Below, piece by piece: positions 38,473 to 49,313 of a DNA stretch of 64,000 nt. How positions within the stretch are numbered: the first letter of the stretch is position 1; each line of letters opens with the position of its first letter. This stretch comes from an uncultured Verrucomicrobiae bacterium. Lineage in GTDB: Bacteria; Verrucomicrobiota; Verrucomicrobiia; Chthoniobacterales; UBA10450. The translations under genes were made by a program, and so were the position numbers. The notes beneath the pieces were generated by a model. The model was not told the DNA's origin. It ran no database searches and was given only the letters and a program-made list of their open reading frames with translations. The stretch spans positions 64,001 through 128,000 of the forward strand of contig CAWIBO010000003.1 of the NCBI GenBank assembly GCA_963834385.1, written 5' to 3'.

Positions 38473-38817
38473 AGCGCGGCGAGGGCTGCCCCGTCCTTTT
38501 TTAGGACAGGATTAACAGGATTTTGCAGGATTGGGGGAAGGAGGTGTGCGGTCTCTCGGAGGCTTGTCTTTAAGATCCTGTCTTCTGGATCCTGTCTTTG
38601 GCGGCTCTGTCGCTCTCAGGCTCGACGGAGTCTCGCCCTACGGTGGGTGGTAGCGCGGCGAGGGTGTGCAGCGTCTTTTTAGATTAACAGGATTTTGCAG
38701 GATTGGGGGAAGGAGGTTGCGTCTCTCGGAGGCTTGTCTTTATCCTGTAATCCTGTCCTCTGGATCCTGTCTTTGGCGGCTCTGTCGCTCTCAGGCTCGA
38801 CGGAGTCTCGCCCTACC
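38473..38817. repeat. ~175-bp tandem duplication, each unit = ACAGGATT/ATCCTG inverted motif array + family C REP
   Basis: Units 38473-38641 and 38652-38816 highly similar; each ends CAGGCTCGACGGAGTCTCGCCCTAC. Confidence 0.9.
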
Positions 38818-38835
38818 GGAGAATGCGCCGCGGGC

Positions 38836-39496
38836 TCAGCCGCGCAGGGCGGTAATGGCCGCGGCGTAATCGTTCGTTCTTGAAGATGGAGGTGCCGGCT
38901 ACGAGGACGTCCGCGCCGGCGGCGCGACAGATTGCCGCCGTCTCGGCGGTGATCCCGCCATCCACCTCCAGATGGAGCCCCGGTTTGTGTTTCTCCCGCC
39001 AGGCGTGGGCCCGTTTCACTTTCTCCATCATCTCGGGACGAAACGACTGCCCGCCGAACCCCGGGTGCACGGTCATGATCAGCAGCAGATCGAGCTGCGG
39101 CAGATGGGGCTCCAGCGCCTCAAACGGCGTGGCCGGGTTCAGCGTCAGGCCGGCCCGGCAACCGGCGGCCTTGATCGCCTCCAGTGTTTTCGCGACGTCG
39201 TGCTCCGCCTCCGGTTCCACGTGCACCGTGATCCCGTCCGCACCGGCCTTCAGGAAACGCGGCAGGAAATGGTCGGGGCGGGTGATCATGAGATGCACGT
39301 CCAGCGGGAGCCGGGTCAACTGGCGCACGGTCGCGACCAGGGCAGGTCCAAACGAGATGTTGTCCACGAAATGGCCGTCCATGATGTCGAGATGCATCCA
39401 GTCCGCCCCGGCCTTTTCCACCGCGGCCACCTCGTCGGCCAGCCGGGAAAAATCGGACGCGAGCAGGGAAGGGGCGATGAGGACTTGGTGGGGCAC
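38836..39496 (-). CDS. rpe: Ribulose-phosphate 3-epimerase (frameshift near 38875)
   Basis: IAPSLLASDF, HLDIMDGHFV, MTVHPGFGGQ, VDGGI motifs. Confidence 0.95.
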
Positions 39497-39750
39497 GGCG
39501 CAGCCTAGGCGGGGAAGTTGGGGCGAGGCAACGCCGAAGCGCTTCGGCCGCTGGCGCGGAATATTTTCAGCCGGCGCAAGTTATTCACAACCTTTCCCTT
39601 GACGGAGTTCCCCGGTATTTCTACATACTAGCGCGTTCTCAGGCGGTAAAAAAATCGCGCTTGCCGGAAGCGGTGGGCGTGGAGCGAGGCCCCACCGCGC
39701 ATTTACGCTGCCCGAAACGCGCGCGATCGGTCTAACTCAATCTCCCTCTC

Positions 39751-40788
39751 ATGTTCAACGGACTCTTCGGCTGGCTCTCGAGCGATATCGGCATCGATCT
39801 GGGCACGGCCAACACCCTCGTCTACGTCAAGGACCAGGGAATCGTCCTGCGCGAGCCGTCCGTCGTGGCCGTCCAGGCCGGCACCAACAAGGTCCTGGCC
39901 GTCGGCGACGAGGCCAAGCGCATGCTCGGGCGAACCCCGGCCAACATCGTGGCCGTGCGCCCGCTGAAGGATGGGGTGATCGCCGATTTCGAGGTGACGG
40001 AGGCGATGCTGCGGCATTTCATTTCCAAGGTGCACAACCGGAGAGTCCGGGCCCGTCCGCGCGTGGTCATCGCGGTCCCATCCGGCATCACCGAAGTGGA
40101 GAAACGCGCGGTGCGCGAATCGGCCACGCACGCCGGCGCCCGTGAAGTTTACCTGATCGAGGAACCGATGGCGGCGGCCATCGGCGTGGGTCTGCCCGTG
40201 CAGGATCCGGCGGGGAACATGATCATCGACATCGGGGGCGGCACCACCGAGGTGGCGCTGATCTCGCTTTCCGGCATCGTTTTCAGCCGGAGCGTGCGGG
40301 TGGCGGGCGACGAACTGGACGAGGCCATCGTGCAGTATATGAAACGCGCCTATAACCTCATGGTGGGCGAGCGCACGGCCGAGGAGATCAAGATCAAGAT
40401 CGGTTCGGCCTATCCGACCGAGAAGGAGACCAGCGTGGAGGTGAAGGGGCGCGACCTGGTCGCGGGCCTGCCCAAGACGCTCATGATCACCTCGCAGGAA
40501 GTGCGCGAGGCGCTTCTCGAGCCGATCTCGACCATTGTCGACTCGGTTCGCATCACCCTGGAGCGGTGTCCGCCGGAGCTTTCCGCCGATCTGGTCGATC
40601 GCGGCCTGGTCCTGGCGGGCGGCGGCGCGCTTCTGCGCGGATTCGATAAACTTTTGAGCGAGGAGACCGGTTTGCCTGTCCACGTTGCCGAAGACCCGCT
40701 CAGCGCGGTGGCCGAAGGAACCGGCAAATGCCTCAATGAAATCAAATTTTTGCGTCAGGTGGCCGCGACCGATCGGGCGTGGCGCTGA
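39751..40788 (+). CDS. mreB: Rod shape-determining protein MreB
   Basis: [27 protein letters not shown] motifs. Confidence 0.97.
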   Translation: MFNGLFGWLSSDIGIDLGTANTLVYVKDQGIVLREPSVVAVQAGTNKVLAVGDEAKRMLGRTPANIVAVRPLKDGVIADFEVTEAMLRHFISKVHNRRVRARPRVVIAVPSGITEVEKRAVRESATHAGAREVYLIEEPMAAAIGVGLPVQDPAGNMIIDIGGGTTEVALISLSGIVFSRSVRVAGDELDEAIVQYMKRAYNLMVGERTAEEIKIKIGSAYPTEKETSVEVKGRDLVAGLPKTLMITSQEVREALLEPISTIVDSVRITLERCPPELSADLVDRGLVLAGGGALLRGFDKLLSEETGLPVHVAEDPLSAVAEGTGKCLNEIKFLRQVAATDRAWR

Positions 40789-40852
40789 TATCGCCCCACC
40801 GTTCACGGTTTGGGCTGCCGGCGGCCTCGCCGGGGTCGCGACACGGTAGAAG

Positions 40853-41656
40853 ATGAACCGCACGAGCATTGTCGCCCTCCTGGTCTTCGCCGCGGTGGTG
40901 GGCTATTTCCTCACCTTCAGTCCGGCCACGACGCAAAAGGTCCAGGCCGCCGTTTACGGACTGCTTTCGCCCTTCCTCAAGACCGGGTCGAGCCTGGAAC
41001 GGCAGATCACCCAGGTGAAGACCGGCCTCAAGTCCCTCGAGGAACTGGAGAAGGAGAATTCGCAGCTCCGGGTCGACAACCGCGCTCTCCGCGCCAGCAA
41101 CGAGGCGCTCCGGGACGTCGAGAGCGAGGTCAACCGCCTGCGCAAGGCCCTGAACTACCGCGAACGCTCGCTCTTCAAGCTGATCCCGGCCCAGGTCGTG
41201 ACCCGGGACGCCTCCAGCTGGTGGCGCACCATCACCATCAACCGCGGGCGCGAAGACGGGATCGAGCCCGACATGCCGGTGCTGACGGACGAGGGGCTCG
41301 TCGGCAAGACCACCACCATCAGCGACTCCATCTCGGTCGTGCTTCTGGTTTCGGATGAAAACTGCCGGGTCGCCGCCACCGTCGAAGGAACACGCGAGCA
41401 GGGCATCGTCAGCGGCGAGCGTGTGGTCACCAGCCTGAACCCAATCCTCCTGCTCAATTTTCTCTCCAAACAGGCGGAACTGAAGCCGGGCCAGAAAGTC
41501 TACACCAGCGGCGTCGGCGGCGTTTTCCCCTCGGGCCTGCTGGTCGGCTCCGTCCTGAATTACCGGGTGCGTGAGCTCGACGGCCAGGCCCGGGTCACCC
41601 CCGCGGTGGACATGGCCCGGCTCGAGGATGTCTTCGTTGTGATCGGCCGGAAATGA
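40853..41656 (+). CDS. mreC: Rod shape-determining protein MreC
   Basis: TM plus coiled coil, GLVGK, TSGVGGVFPSGL; operon position. Confidence 0.93.
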   Translation: MNRTSIVALLVFAAVVGYFLTFSPATTQKVQAAVYGLLSPFLKTGSSLERQITQVKTGLKSLEELEKENSQLRVDNRALRASNEALRDVESEVNRLRKALNYRERSLFKLIPAQVVTRDASSWWRTITINRGREDGIEPDMPVLTDEGLVGKTTTISDSISVVLLVSDENCRVAATVEGTREQGIVSGERVVTSLNPILLLNFLSKQAELKPGQKVYTSGVGGVFPSGLLVGSVLNYRVRELDGQARVTPAVDMARLEDVFVVIGRK

Positions 41657-42195
41657 TCTTCTTTCTTCTTCTCGTCCTTGGCACCGTCCTGGCGCAGATC
41701 ACGCAGCTTTTCCTGCCGCCGCTCGATTGGATGTACGGGGCGCGCATTGTCCTGGTCCCGATCATTGTTTTCTACGGGGCCATGGCGCTGCCGTTTCCCC
41801 TCATGCTGGTCCTGGCCTTCCTCGCCGGCCTTCTCCAGGACGTCATGACCGTGCAGGTCATCGGCGACAAGGTTGAAATCGCCTTTGGATGGTCGATACT
41901 CCTTTACGGCGTTCTTGCTGGGATCATGCACGGCCTGCGGCCGCTGTTTATACGCGGGCGGTGGGAGGTGCATTGCCTCCTCAGCGGCGTCGGCACCTCG
42001 GCGATCCTTCTTGTGCAATACCTAATGATCAGTTTCCGGCGGGGATCGCTCGATTTTACCCGGGAAGTGTGGTGGCAGATCGGCGGGCCCGGCCTGCTCG
42101 CTCTGCTCATCGCCCCGGTCGCCTTCTGGCTGCTCCACTGGGTCGCCCGCGCCACTTCGCCCTCCTACCTGCCTGACGGGGAGGTCTATCGATGA
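41653..42195 (+). CDS. mreD: MreD-like membrane protein
   Basis: Multi-TM, GLLQD motif, between mreC and mrdA. Confidence 0.75.
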   Translation: MIFFLLLVLGTVLAQITQLFLPPLDWMYGARIVLVPIIVFYGAMALPFPLMLVLAFLAGLLQDVMTVQVIGDKVEIAFGWSILLYGVLAGIMHGLRPLFIRGRWEVHCLLSGVGTSAILLVQYLMISFRRGSLDFTREVWWQIGGPGLLALLIAPVAFWLLHWVARATSPSYLPDGEVYR

Positions 42196-44474
42196 ACCGG
42201 CGTCGTCTCAGCCCGCGCCTCCGCCTCCAGCTCGTCGCCTTCCTCATGCTCCTCGGCATGGGCGCGATCGTCTTCAAGCTCTGGCTCGTCCAGGTCGCCC
42301 ATGGCCCGGAATGGACCGCAAAAATCCGCGGCAGCTCCGAGGTCACCGTCCGCATCCCGTCGGTTCGCGGGGAGATTCGCGACCGCGATGGCGTGGCCCT
42401 CGTGCAAAATCGCGCCAGCTACGAGGTCGATTTTTATCTGCCGGAAATGGTCAAGGGCTACCGGCAGCGGGTGGGGCGTCCGCCGTTGACCGAGTATCGC
42501 GGCAGGGTCAACGGCATGCCGAAAGACCTGAAGGAGCCGGATATCGTCAAGATCGTGAACGAGGGGATCGTCCCCCGACTCGATGAGCTCGATCTGGCCC
42601 GGGATTACAACGCGAACCGCCTCCAGAAGCATTACCGGACCAACACGGAAGTGCCGTTCTCCTACATGAAGGACATCGACTTCGCCACCATGGCGAAGTT
42701 TTCCGAGCATGACGTCGGCCTGCCCGGGGTGGACATCGCGATCAAGCCCGTGCGCTCCTACGTTTACGGTTCCCTCGCGGCGCATCTGCTCGGTTATGTC
42801 GGGGCCCCGGACGAGACCAACAAGGAGGAGGCCCGGAAGTTCAGCTTTTACCAGGCGGACGTGGAGGGGAAAACCAACATCGAGAAGACCATGGACGAGT
42901 ATCTCCGGGGCAAACCGGGGGTGCGTTACATGCGGCGCAATGCCAAGGGCACCATCGATGGCGTGCTGCGCGAGGAACCGCCCCAGGCTGGCGCCAATGT
43001 CGTCCTCACGATCAACGCCCGGCTGCAGATGATCACGGAAGAGGCCCTGCGCGCGGCCGGCCGCGCCGCCGCGGTCGTGATCGACCCGAGCAATGGCGAG
43101 ATCCTTGCCATGGCCTCGGTCCCCTCCTTCGACCCGAACACTTTCATCCCCAGCATCAAGGCCAAGGACTGGGAGATCCTCCGGAAGAACGAGGCCAATC
43201 CGCTGATCAACCGTGCCGTCAGTGGTTTTCCCCCCGGGTCCACTTTCAAGCTGGTGACCGCGCTGGCCGGGTTGCGGAAAAACCTGGCGGACGCCCGTTA
43301 CAGCTGCGGCGGGGGCGTCTCCTACGGCGACCATTATTTCCGCTGCTGGGTCTCGGAGAAAGGCTACACCCACGGGACCATCGGCCTGGCCGACGCGATC
43401 AAGGTCTCGTGTAACTCCTACTTTTATCAGCTCGGCAACGCCGCCGGCATCAATGCCATCGTCGAGACCGGCACCACCCTTAACCTCGGGGAAGCGACCG
43501 GGATCGAAATCACCGGCGAGCAACCGGGCGTTCTGCCCGGGCCCGACTGGATGCGCATCCATTACCCGAATGAACGCTGGACCTCCGCCTATACCGCCAA
43601 CGTTTCCATCGGCCAGGGCTACGATCTGGTCAGCCCACTGCAGCTCGCGATGGTTTACGCCACCGTGGCCAACGGCGGCGTCTCCTACTATCCGCGGCTG
43701 ATCAAGGATGTGGTCGACGCCGAGGGCCGGTCCCTGGTCAATTCTTCCGGCCGCCTCGTCATCCCGCGTGAACCAAGGGTGCATGGCGACCTGCGAACCG
43801 ATTTCACCCCGGCTCAGATCGAGCTGGCCCGCCGTGGCCTTTGGAAAGTGGTCAACGAAGCGGGCGGAACCGGCGGGAAGGCACGGCTGGAGAACATCGA
43901 GGTCGCGGGCAAAACCGGCTCGGCCCAGGCCATGACCGACGGCAAGAGCGATACCATTGCCTGGTTCGCCTGCTTCGCTCCGTATAACAACCCTCGCTAC
44001 ACCATTGCCGTCATGGTGCAGGGCGGCAAAGGCGGTGGCGCCGTGGCTGCGCCCATCGCCAACCGCATCCTGGAGCGCGCCCTGGCCATGGAGGAGGGCC
44101 GCTTCGAGCAGAAGGTCGCCTGGGTGGAGCCGGCCCAGAAAGCCGATCCTTTTGCCTTCATCGAGGCCATCGATTTCGCTTCAACCGGCCCCAACGTCCC
44201 CGGGGCGGATGGCGGCGACCCAGCCACCAGCCAGACCGCCAACGTCCAGCTCGCAGCTGAAGGCGCCAGCCCCGATGTCGAACCGGAGGCCGATGCCCGC
44301 GGCCAGGTCGCCTCGCGCCCCGTCCGGGCCGCGCGCGCCACCGCCGTGCGCCGCCCGGCCGCGCCTCCGCAGCAAACCCGCAAACCCAACTTTTTCGATC
44401 GCCTTTTCGGCCGGCGCCCCCAGCCGACTCCGCCGCCCCGCCCGGTTCGGCGCCAGCAGCAGCCGCGCCGCTAA
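42192..44474 (+). CDS. mrdA: Penicillin-binding protein 2
   Basis: RGEIRDR, STFK, SCN, KTG motifs. Confidence 0.92.
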   Translation: MNRRRLSPRLRLQLVAFLMLLGMGAIVFKLWLVQVAHGPEWTAKIRGSSEVTVRIPSVRGEIRDRDGVALVQNRASYEVDFYLPEMVKGYRQRVGRPPLTEYRGRVNGMPKDLKEPDIVKIVNEGIVPRLDELDLARDYNANRLQKHYRTNTEVPFSYMKDIDFATMAKFSEHDVGLPGVDIAIKPVRSYVYGSLAAHLLGYVGAPDETNKEEARKFSFYQADVEGKTNIEKTMDEYLRGKPGVRYMRRNAKGTIDGVLREEPPQAGANVVLTINARLQMITEEALRAAGRAAAVVIDPSNGEILAMASVPSFDPNTFIPSIKAKDWEILRKNEANPLINRAVSGFPPGSTFKLVTALAGLRKNLADARYSCGGGVSYGDHYFRCWVSEKGYTHGTIGLADAIKVSCNSYFYQLGNAAGINAIVETGTTLNLGEATGIEITGEQPGVLPGPDWMRIHYPNERWTSAYTANVSIGQGYDLVSPLQLAMVYATVANGGVSYYPRLIKDVVDAEGRSLVNSSGRLVIPREPRVHGDLRTDFTPAQIELARRGLWKVVNEAGGTGGKARLENIEVAGKTGSAQAMTDGKSDTIAWFACFAPYNNPRYTIAVMVQGGKGGGAVAAPIANRILERALAMEEGRFEQKVAWVEPAQKADPFAFIEAIDFASTGPNVPGADGGDPATSQTANVQLAAEGASPDVEPEADARGQVASRPVRAARATAVRRPAAPPQQTRKPNFFDRLFGRRPQPTPPPRPVRRQQQPRR

Positions 44475-44541
44475 ATCATGATCGCCCGCTCCACTCTGCC
44501 GCCATCCTCACGGGACCGGCTCGCCCTCATCCCATTTCAAT

Positions 44542-46116
44542 ATGATAGACAAAGTGAAAAAAATTCTCGGACTGTCGCCTCGCAAAACCGGCAACAAACT
44601 CGTGGTCAGCGTCGAAAAACTCGAGCGGCGCGTGGCCCTGCTGGAGAACGGTCGGCTCGAGGAATATAGCGTCGAGCGCGACACTTCGCGCAACATCGTC
44701 GGGAGCGTCTTCAAGGGGAAGGTGCGCAACATCGAGATGGGCCTGAAGGCGATGTTCGTCGACATCGGGTTCGAAAAAAACGCCTTTCTGCATTTCTGGG
44801 ATGCCCTCCCGGCCGCGCTCGACAGCGGCATCGAGGAGATCGACCGGCCCGACCGCCGCAAGCCCAAGAAGCGGATCACCGCCAAGGACATCCCCAGCAT
44901 CTATCCGGTCGGGTCGGAGGTGATTGTGCAGGTGACCAAGGGGCCCATCGGCACCAAGGGCCCGCGCGTCACCACCAATCTCAGCTTCGCCGGCCGTTAC
45001 CTGGTCCTGATGCCCTTCAGCGACCGCAGCGGCATCTCGCGCAAGATCGAGGACCCCAAGGAGCGCGAGCGGCTGCGCAAGATCCTGCGCCAGCTCGAGA
45101 TCCCGGACGGCTTTGGCGTCATCATCCGGACGGTGGGCGAGGGACAGCGGGCTCGTTACTTTGTGCGCGATCTCGGGTTCCTCATCGAGCAATGGGCCCA
45201 GGTCGAGCAGATGATCAAGGATAACCCCGCGCCCTGCCGGGTCTTCGAGGAGCCCGATCTGGTTGAGCGCACGGTGCGCGACTTCCTCACGGACGAGATT
45301 GACGAGGTCCTGTGCGACGACAAGGAGGCGACCGAGCGCATGGCAGACATCGTCGGCCAGATCTCGCGCCGCGCCCGCGGGCGGGTGCGCCATTACGAGG
45401 GCGCGACGCCGATTTTCGAGATGTTCGGGGTGCAAAAGCAGATCGACGATGCCTTCCACCGCCAGGTCTGGCTGAAATGCGGCGGCTACATCGTGATCGA
45501 TGAAACCGAGGCGCTGGTGGCGGTGGACGTGAACACCGGGCGGAACAAGGGCGGGCGCGACGTCGAGAAGACGATCCTCCAGACCAACCTCGAGGCGGCC
45601 GACGAAATCGCCCGGCAACTCCGGCTCCGCAACATTGGCGGCCTGATCATCGGCGATTTCATCGACATGAAGAACCGGCGCGACCAGCAGACGGTTTACA
45701 ACCTGATGAAGGAGCGCCTGAAACGGGACAAGGCCCGCACCCATGTGCTGCCACTTTCACCGCTGGGGCTCATGGAAATGACGCGGCAGCGCGCCCAGGA
45801 AAGCCTGAGCGACTCGATCTACGAGAACTGCCCCTATTGCCAGGGGCGGGGCGTGGTCAAGACGTCGATGACCACCAGCGTGGAGCTGCATCGCGAGCTC
45901 AACAGTGTGATGCGCAAACACCAGGACACCGTCCACGAGATCCGGGTGATCGTGAATCCCGATGTGCTGAAACGGTTGAAGGAGGAGGACGAGGAGATGC
46001 TGATCGACCTCGAGCGCCGTTACGCCGGCCGTCTTCTCTTCCGGGGCGATCCCAGCTATCACCACGAAAAATTCACCATCACCGACGCCTCCTCCGGCGC
46101 CGAGTTGAAATCCTGA
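44542..46116 (+). CDS. Ribonuclease E/G family
   Basis: S1 domain, KGPRVTT, DVNTG, LRNIGGLI..DFIDM, CxxC. Confidence 0.94.
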   Translation: MIDKVKKILGLSPRKTGNKLVVSVEKLERRVALLENGRLEEYSVERDTSRNIVGSVFKGKVRNIEMGLKAMFVDIGFEKNAFLHFWDALPAALDSGIEEIDRPDRRKPKKRITAKDIPSIYPVGSEVIVQVTKGPIGTKGPRVTTNLSFAGRYLVLMPFSDRSGISRKIEDPKERERLRKILRQLEIPDGFGVIIRTVGEGQRARYFVRDLGFLIEQWAQVEQMIKDNPAPCRVFEEPDLVERTVRDFLTDEIDEVLCDDKEATERMADIVGQISRRARGRVRHYEGATPIFEMFGVQKQIDDAFHRQVWLKCGGYIVIDETEALVAVDVNTGRNKGGRDVEKTILQTNLEAADEIARQLRLRNIGGLIIGDFIDMKNRRDQQTVYNLMKERLKRDKARTHVLPLSPLGLMEMTRQRAQESLSDSIYENCPYCQGRGVVKTSMTTSVELHRELNSVMRKHQDTVHEIRVIVNPDVLKRLKEEDEEMLIDLERRYAGRLLFRGDPSYHHEKFTITDASSGAELKS

Positions 46117-46496
46117 CGCTTTCCGCCCGGGTCATCCGCCGCCTGCCCCTTGCGAAGTTTTTGGGAGAGGCCGGCCCCGGCGGCTCCCTCCGAACCAGCG
46201 ATTTCAGCTGGCATTTTATGACCCGGGAGGACTCGATTTTCGGCAGGGCCCGAAGCGGCCTGACCTTGCGCCCTTTAGCGTCCCGGCAGGGACGCGGAAG
46301 CGACCGGGGCCGGGCGCCGAAAAGGGCCTTTCCGGCCCCTTGCATTTCGTTGTTGCCCTTTCCCTGTTCGCCGTTTTAGTCTGCGGGCGAACGGTCAACC
46401 GGAAGGCCCCTTTTCCCCTCGTAGAGAAACAATCGGGGAAAATGGTTTTTTTTGTTGACTACCTTGGTCAATTCACCTATTCGCTCAGCCAACCTT

Positions 46497-47193
46497 ATGA
46501 AAAAACTTACCTTAACCTTGTGTGGGCTCGTGGCCCTCATGACGGCTGCCTACGCTGGCTCGGAGGCCTACTCCGGCAAAGAAATGAAGCAGACCGTTCC
46601 TCCGCCCTGCCCTGAATTCTATCAGGACTACGAGTTTAACCTCGGCGTCTGGGGCGCCGTTGGCTTCGCCGGACATGATCATCCTGATCATGCGCTCGTC
46701 GGTCACCTCGCTGGTGGCGGCGGCATTGACGCGAAGTATTTCTTCCGTCGTTACTTCGGCGTCGGCCTCCAGGGTTTCGGCCTCTTCAACTTCGAAGATC
46801 GGCACGATTACACTGCGACCGAGAACAACCTCGCGAATCAGTTCCGCACAGGACCTCGACCGTTCCGCCAATGATTTCGCTGGTGCGGTCTCCGCGACCT
46901 TCACGCTGCGTTATCCTTTCCCCTGCCATCAGTTCTCGCCTTTCGTCGTTACCGGCGTCGGCGCTTACTTCGGGCAGGACGCCAAGGACAACATCGACTT
47001 CGATGAAGACGATAACGAATTCGAGTTTTCGCGTGGCGATAACGACGCGCACATCGGCACCCACGTTGGTGGCGGTGTTGAGTGGCGCTTCACCCCGAGC
47101 TTCTCGGCCATCAGCGACTTCACCTGGCATTGGGTCGAAGGTCACGACAACAACTTCGGCATGTTCAAGGCCGGCCTGAACTTCGCGTTCTAA
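46497..47193 (+). CDS. Outer-membrane beta-barrel protein (frameshift near 46860)
   Basis: Signal peptide, YSGKEMKQ N-terminus, amphipathic strands, terminal LNFAF. Confidence 0.75.
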
Positions 47194-47215
47194 GAACCGA
47201 ACAGGATAAAGCTTC

Positions 47216-47257
47216 AAACGCCGGGAACACTGCATGTGTTCCCGGCGTTTTGCTTTT
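47216..47257 (+). terminator. Intrinsic terminator
   Basis: AAACGCCGGGAACAC-TGCAT-GTGTTCCCGGCGTTT plus T-rich tail between convergent genes. Confidence 0.8.
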
Positions 47258-47928
47258 CAGGCTAGGAAGGAGCTGATCTCCCCCAGCGGCTTCCGCGTGA
47301 TCGCGGGCACCCGGGCGTCGCGCGCCGGATATCCCACCACCAGGAGCAGGAACGGCTTTTCGTAGGCCGGACGCCCCAGGATCCGGTTCAGGAACGCCAT
47401 CGGGCTCGGCGTGTGGGTCAGCGAGGCCAGGCCGGCCTGGTGCAGCGCGCTGATCAAAATGCCCGTGGCAATGCCGACCGACTCGGTCGCGTAGTAATGC
47501 TTCATGGTCGTGCCGTCCGGCAGTCGCCGGTGCGGCTGTGAAAAAATGGCAATGAGCCACGGGGCAATCTCCAGGAACGGCTTGCGCCAGTCGGTCCCGA
47601 TCGGGGCCAGCGCTTCCAGCCAGGCCGCCGGGGCGCGATGAGTGTAAAATTCGCGTTCTTCCTCCTCGGCCGCCTGCCGGATCTCCTTTTTGCGCGCCGG
47701 GTCGCTCACCGCGACGAAGTGCCAGGGCTGGAGATTGGCGCCCGCTGGGCGCGCTGCCGGCCGCGGCCAGGCAGTGTTCAATGATCTCCCGCGGCACCGG
47801 GTCAGCGGAAAAATCGCGGACGGTGCGGCGCTGGCGCCATCATTTCGTGAAAGCCGCGCGCACGCTCGAGTACTTCCGACGCGGGGCGATACGTCAAAGG
47901 AGGAAAGGGGAACGGATTCGACGGCCAT
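47257..47928 (-). CDS. Nitroreductase family (iodotyrosine deiodinase-like), 5' frameshifts
   Basis: [34 protein letters not shown] motifs. Confidence 0.85.
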   Translation of the reverse strand: MAVESVPLSSFDVSPRVGSTRACARLSRNDGASAAPSAIFPLTRCRGRSLNTAWPRPAARPAGANLQPWHFVAVSDPARKKEIRQAAEEEEREFYTHRAPAAWLEALAPIGTDWRKPFLEIAPWLIAIFSQPHRRLPDGTTMKHYYATESVGIATGILISALHQAGLASLTHTPSPMAFLNRILGRPAYEKPFLLLVVGYPARDARVPAITRKPLGEISSFLA

Positions 47929-48000
47929 GCCGCATCCTAACGGCCGGGCTTGGCCTCTCCAAGGATTTGCGGGCGCGCGTGACCGGACACACTGTTAGGC

Positions 48001-49110
48001 ATGTCGTTCGCCGACGTTTTGCACAAGGCGCCGCCCCCGGAAAGGGTGCGCCGATTCGAGAGCCTGCTTTCTCCCATGGAGGATGCCGCGCTCGATCGCC
48101 TCGCGCACCGGGCCACGCTCCTGACCCGCCAGAATTTCGGCCGGGCCATGCGGCTCTTTGCCCCGCTTTATCTTTCCAACGAATGCATCAACAACTGCGC
48201 CTATTGCGGTTTCTCCCGCGATAATCCCATCCTGCGGGTGACTCTCGGGCTCGACCAGGTCGCGGCGGAAGCCAGATACCTCGCCGCCGAGGGGTTCCGC
48301 CATATCCTCCTCGTGACCGGTGAACATCCGAAGTTTGCCGGGAAATCCTACCTGGCTGACTGCATCCGCCGGCTCGCCCCCGATTTTGCCTCCATTTCGA
48401 TCGAGGTGGGGCCCATGGAGACCAGTGAATACGAGGCGGTGGTGCGGGCCGGGGCGGAAGGCCTGGTGGTTTACCAGGAAACCTACGACCGGACGGTTTA
48501 TGACGAGGTCCACACCGCGGGACCCAAGCGCGACTTCAACTGGCGCCTGGAATGTCCGGAGCGCGGTTATGCCGCCGGCTTTCGTCGGCTTGGCGTGGGC
48601 GCTCTTCTCGGCCTGGCCCCCTGGCGGCAGGAGGCCATGGCGCTGGCCTGGCATGTCGATTACCTCCTCCGGCACTGCTGGAAGGCCCAGATCACCGTCA
48701 GTCTTCCCCGGTTGCGTCCCGCCGCCGGTGGCTACGCCCCCGCGCACTCGCTGGGCGACCGCGAACTGGCCCAGCTGATCTGCGCTTTTCGAGTCACATT
48801 CCCGCAGGTCGGGATCGTTCTGAGCACGCGGGAGCCGGCTCCGCTGCGCGATGCCCTGGCGCCACTCGGGATCACCATGATGAGCGCCGGCAGTCACACC
48901 GAGCCCGGCGGTTACACGCACCAGGGCGCGGACGACCTTCACCTGACGGTCCGCGGCCGGATTGTCCCGCCGGAATCCCCGGCCGGGAATGCCACGAGCC
49001 AGTTTGAGATCAGCGACGCCCGTTCCGCCGCGGAGGTGGCGGCGGCCCTGCAGGCGAGCGGTCTGGAGCCGGTCTGGAAGGATTGGGACATTGCCCTGAC
49101 CGGTTCATGA
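48001..49110 (+). CDS. thiH: 2-iminoacetate synthase (radical SAM)
   Basis: APLYLSNECINNCAYCGF, YQETY, SLPRLRP, LSTRE, EPGGY motifs. Confidence 0.93.
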   Translation: MSFADVLHKAPPPERVRRFESLLSPMEDAALDRLAHRATLLTRQNFGRAMRLFAPLYLSNECINNCAYCGFSRDNPILRVTLGLDQVAAEARYLAAEGFRHILLVTGEHPKFAGKSYLADCIRRLAPDFASISIEVGPMETSEYEAVVRAGAEGLVVYQETYDRTVYDEVHTAGPKRDFNWRLECPERGYAAGFRRLGVGALLGLAPWRQEAMALAWHVDYLLRHCWKAQITVSLPRLRPAAGGYAPAHSLGDRELAQLICAFRVTFPQVGIVLSTREPAPLRDALAPLGITMMSAGSHTEPGGYTHQGADDLHLTVRGRIVPPESPAGNATSQFEISDARSAAEVAAALQASGLEPVWKDWDIALTGS

Positions 49111-49307
49111 CGGTGACGTTAAACGGGGCAGCCACGGAGACCGAGGGGGCCGCGACCATCAGCGAACTCGTCCGACGGTTGCAGCTCCCGCCGGCCGCCA
49201 TCCTCGTGGAACACAACGGGGTGGCCTTACGGCCGCGCGAATGGGACGGCACGAGCCTGGCCGAGGGTGACCGGATCGAAATGATCCGGGTGGTGGCCGG
49301 TGGCTGA
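49107..49307 (+). CDS. thiS: Sulfur carrier protein ThiS
   Basis: 66 aa, LNG, VEHNG, C-terminal VAGG. Confidence 0.92.
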   Translation: MTVTLNGAATETEGAATISELVRRLQLPPAAILVEHNGVALRPREWDGTSLAEGDRIEMIRVVAGG

Positions 49308-49313
49308 GGAAAG

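Noticed and set aside
39599..39629. Sigma70 promoter upstream of mreB (TTGACG...CATACT)
   Set aside because: The -10 match or spacing is imperfect, so it cannot be supported from sequence alone.
46117..46496. Structured ncRNA or riboswitch in the 380-bp gap before the OMP gene
   Set aside because: Only weak hairpins and no recognisable family motif; a covariance-model search would be needed.
48001..49307. thiH-thiS without thiG or a TPP riboswitch
   Set aside because: Dispersed thiamine genes are common; thiG may lie outside the window.
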